From: the human T2T-CHM13v2.0 reference genome, Homo sapiens
Reading direction: 5' to 3' (one strand)
Assembly: GCF_009914755.1 (NCBI RefSeq)
Contig: NC_060939.1
Length of the DNA: 64,000 nucleotides
Shown: piece after piece, positions 60,181 through 64,000 of the stretch
How positions within the stretch are numbered: the first letter of the stretch is position 1
Layout of the letters: the number at the start of each line of letters is the position of its first letter
The notes under the pieces: generated by a model
Database searches by the model: none
Told to the model about the DNA's origin: nothing
Seen by the model: only the letters and a program-made list of their open reading frames with translations
Position numbers and translations under genes: made by a program

Positions 60181-62234
60181 TTATCTGAGCTACCAACTTA
60201 TGAAACTAGAAAAAGCAAATTAAATCCAAATAGAAGTAATAAAAATTAGAGCAGAAATCAATGAAATTGAAAACAAGATATCAATAGAGAAAAATCAAAG
60301 AAATCAACTAGTTCTCTGAAAAGATCAATAAAATCAATAAGCCTCTAGCCAGGCTAAGAAAGAGAGACAAAGGACAAAATAACTAATATCAGAATGAAAA
60401 GAGTGGACATCATTACAGATCTCATGGACATTAAAAGGATAATCAAGGGATATTATGAACAACTTTACGGCCACGAATTTGGTAACCTAGATGAAATGAA
60501 TCAATTCCTTAAAAGACACAATCTATTAGAACTCTAAGAAGAAATAATCTTGATTAAAAAGCATATATTAAAGAAATTAAATCCATAATTAATAATGTTC
60601 TAAAAGAGAAGGCATCAGGCCCAGATGGATTCTCTGATGAATTCTACTAAACATTTAAGGAAGAAACCACACCAGTTCTCTACAATCTCCTTCAGAAGAC
60701 AGAAGCAAAGGAGATGCTCCTATCTCATTGTATGAAGTCAGCATTACTCTAATACCCAAACCAGACAAAGACATTATCAGAAAAGAAAACTACAGACCCA
60801 TATTTGTCATGAACAAAGATGCAAAAATCTTTGTATTAGCAAAGTATTAGCAAACTAAATTTTACTACAATGTATAAAAAGAAGTATACACCAGCACAAA
60901 GTAGGATTTATCCCAGGTATGCAAGACTGGTTCAATATTGGAAAATCAATTAATGCAATTCACCATATCAACAGACTAAAGAAGAAAAATCACATGACCA
61001 TACCATAGATGGAGAGAAGTATGTGACAAAATTTAACACCCACTCATGATAGAAACTAGTAAACTAGGAATAGAGGGAACACCTTCAACTTGATAAAGAA
61101 CGTTTACAAAAAACATACAGCTAACACCATCCTTAATGATGAGAAACTAGAAACTTTCTTACTAAGATCAGGAACAAGAAAAGAATATCCCCACCTCACC
61201 ACTCCATACTGGAAGTCCTAGCTAAGACAAGAAAAGGAAATAAAGGGTATACTAACGGGGAACAAAAAAATACAACTGCCTTTGTTTGCAGATGAAATGA
61301 CTATATGTGTAGAACATAGACAGGAATTGAAAAAAAGAAAAAGAAAAACAACAAAAACCTCCTAGAACTAATAAGTGATTATAGCAAAGCTGCAGGATAC
61401 AAGGTTCATATAAAAAAGTTAATAGCTTTCCTGTAAACCAGCAATGCATAAGTTGAATTTGAAATTAAAAACACAATACCATTTTACATTAGCGTGTCCC
61501 AAAATGAAATATTTAAGTACAGATCTAACAAAATTAGTACAAGATATATGAGGAAAAATGTTTTAGAACTCTGATGAAAGAAATCAAATAACTAAATAAT
61601 GAAGAGCTATTCCATGACCCGTGAGAGACAACTCAATATTGACAGAAAAAGTCAGATGGACACTACTGATTTCAAGATTTACTGTAAAGCTACAGTAGTC
61701 AAGATGGTGTGGTACTGACAAAAGAACTGACAAAACAGACCAACGAAACAGAATAGAGAGCCCAGAAATGGACCCACATAGTCAAAGGAGCAATGGCAGT
61801 ATTTGACAAAGAGGCAAAGGCAATACAATGAAGAAAATAGTCTTTTTCAATAAACAGTGGTAATAACTGAACATCCACATGCAAAAAAAAAAAAGAGTCT
61901 AGACACAGGTCTTACACCCTTCACAAAAATAAACTCAAAATAAACCAGAGAATTAAATGTAAAACTCAAAACTATAAAACTCCTAGAGGATAACATAAGA
62001 AAAAATCTAGATCTTGGGTTTGGTGATGACTTTTAGATACGGCACCAAAGGTACCAACCATGAAGAAAAGAACTGATAAGCCAGACTTCATTAAAATTGT
62101 CTACTTGTTTCTTAAAAATTGTTGTCTTTTGCAAAAGACAATGTCAAGAGTATGAAAAGACAAGCCACAGATAGGGAGGAAATATTTACATAAGACACAT
62201 CTGATAAAGAACTATTAACTAAAATGTGTAAGGA

Positions 62235-62548
62235 GGCTGGGTGTGGTGGCTCACATCCCAGCACTTTGGGAGGCCAAGGTGGGTGGATCACCTGAGGTCA
62301 GGAGGTCGAGACCAGCCTGGCTAACATAGTGAAACCCCGTGTCTACTAAAAATACAAAAATTAGCCAGGTGTGGTGGTGCACGGGTATAATCCCAGCTAC
62401 TCGGGAGGCTGACGCAGGAGAATCACTTGAACCCAGGTGGCAGAGGTTGCAGGGAGCCAAGACTGTGCCACTGTACTGCAACCTGGGTGACAGAGCGAGG
62501 CTCTGTCTCAATAGACAGACAGACAGACAGACAAGACAGACAGAGACA
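62235..62548 (+). mobile_element. AluS with (GACA)n tail
   Basis: Dimer; TSD core gtgtaagga. Confidence 0.93.
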
Positions 62549-63584
62549 GTGTAAGGAACTCTTAAAATTCCACAAGAAAACAAACAACCCAATTAAAAAA
62601 TTGGCCAACAACCTTAACAGACACCTCACCAAAGATATACAGATGGCAATTCAGCATATGAAAAGATGTCCCACACATCATATGGCATCAGAGAAACACA
62701 AATTAAAATTATAAGATACCTCTACACACCTATCAGAATGGACAAAATTCAGAACACTGATAACACCAAATACTGGTGAAGATGTAGAGCAAAAGAAACA
62801 CTCACTCATTGCTGGTGAAAAATGTAAAAGGATAGCGTCATATTAGAAGACAGTTTGGATGTTTCCTACAAAACTAAACACTTTTACCATAAGATCCAGC
62901 AATTGCACTCCCTAGTATTTACAGAAAGTCACTGAAAACCTAAGTCCACACAAAAACCTGCACACCGATATCTACAGCAGTTTTATTCATAATTAGCAAA
63001 ATGTGGAAGCAACCACAATGTCCTTCATTAGGTGAATATTCATTCACAAACTGTGATATGTCCAGAAAATGGAAAAAGAGAGGTACTAACAACCTATGAA
63101 AAGACATGGAAGAAACTTTAATGCATATTAGTAAGTAAAAATAGTCAAGCTGAAAGGGCTATATACTGTATGATTACAAGTATATAATATGCTGGAAAAG
63201 GCAAAGTTAGAGACACAGTAAAAGGATCGGTGATTGCCAAGGAGTGGGAGGGAAGGAAAGATAAATAGGCAGAACACAGAGGATTTTGGGGCAGTGAAAA
63301 CATTCTGTATGATATAATGGTAGATACATGTCATTGTACTTTGTTCAAAGCCACAGAACGTACAGCACTAAGAATGATCCCTAATATAAACTACGGACTT
63401 TGGGTAATTATGATGTATCAATATAGGTTCATCAGAAAGACATGTACCACTCTGGTGGGAGATGCACACTGGCTATGAGAGAATCTATACATGTGTGTGG
63501 AAGGAGGTACAGGGGAAATCTCTGTACCTTCCTCTCAATTCTGTGAACCTAGAACTCCTGTAAAAAAAAAAAAAATCTAAAAAA

Positions 63585-64000
63585 AAATAGAATACATATG
63601 ATCCAGTAATCCTACACCTGGGTATACTTCCAAATATATTAAAAACAGGTTCTCAAAAAAATATTTGTACACCCATGTTTATTTCAACATTACAATATTC
63701 AAGAAGTGGAAGGAACCTAAACATCCATCAACAAATGGTTAAAGAAAATGTGGTATACATATATAACAAAATGTTATTCAGCCTAAAAGAAAAGAAAGAA
63801 ATTCTGTAATATGCTACAACACAAATGAACCTTGAGGACATTGCTATGTGAAATAGGCCAGTCAACAAAAGACAAATACTTAATGATTCCACTGACATGA
63901 AGTAGCCAAAACAGTCAAATTTTAGAGGCAAAAAGTAGAATGGCATTTGCCAAGGAATAGGAAGAAGGGGGAAAAGAAGAGTTGTTCAATGAATGTAGAG
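63585..64000 (+). mobile_element. L1MB-like 3' part (continuation of host L1)
   Basis: catatgatccagtaatcc resumes where 58186 broke; atgaaccttgaggacattg 3'UTR motif. Confidence 0.85.

Overview
Human genomic DNA from the imprinted Prader-Willi/Angelman region (15q11-q13). The minus strand carries nine coding exons of UBE3A (E6AP, a HECT E3 ligase), all with GT-AG boundaries. They sum to 2557 nt; adding the AT of a split ATG from an exon upstream of the window gives the 852-aa isoform (AZUL zinc finger, E6-binding LQELL, T485, HECT with catalytic C820). A ~1.9-kb 3'UTR follows. Introns are rich in Alus (21 found), old L1s (one nested in another), a THE1A LTR inside MER58B, and Tigger/MER elements. 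From locus knowledge, the + strand is traversed by SNHG14/UBE3A-ATS. The most interesting signal lies 3' of UBE3A (1-6200). It holds what looks like a decayed immunoglobulin-superfamily gene on the minus strand (CD2/HEPACAM/CEACAM-type V-C2-C2), split in frame by an AluY, with flanking exon-like segments. A second coding-like fossil converges on it from the + strand. Also seen: a probable Alu-Alu-mediated inversion revealed by a flipped TSD, a human Ube3a1-like intronic 3' end with a miR-134 8mer, and a candidate AZUL-only terminal exon. All homology and repeat-family calls were made by eye and need database confirmation.
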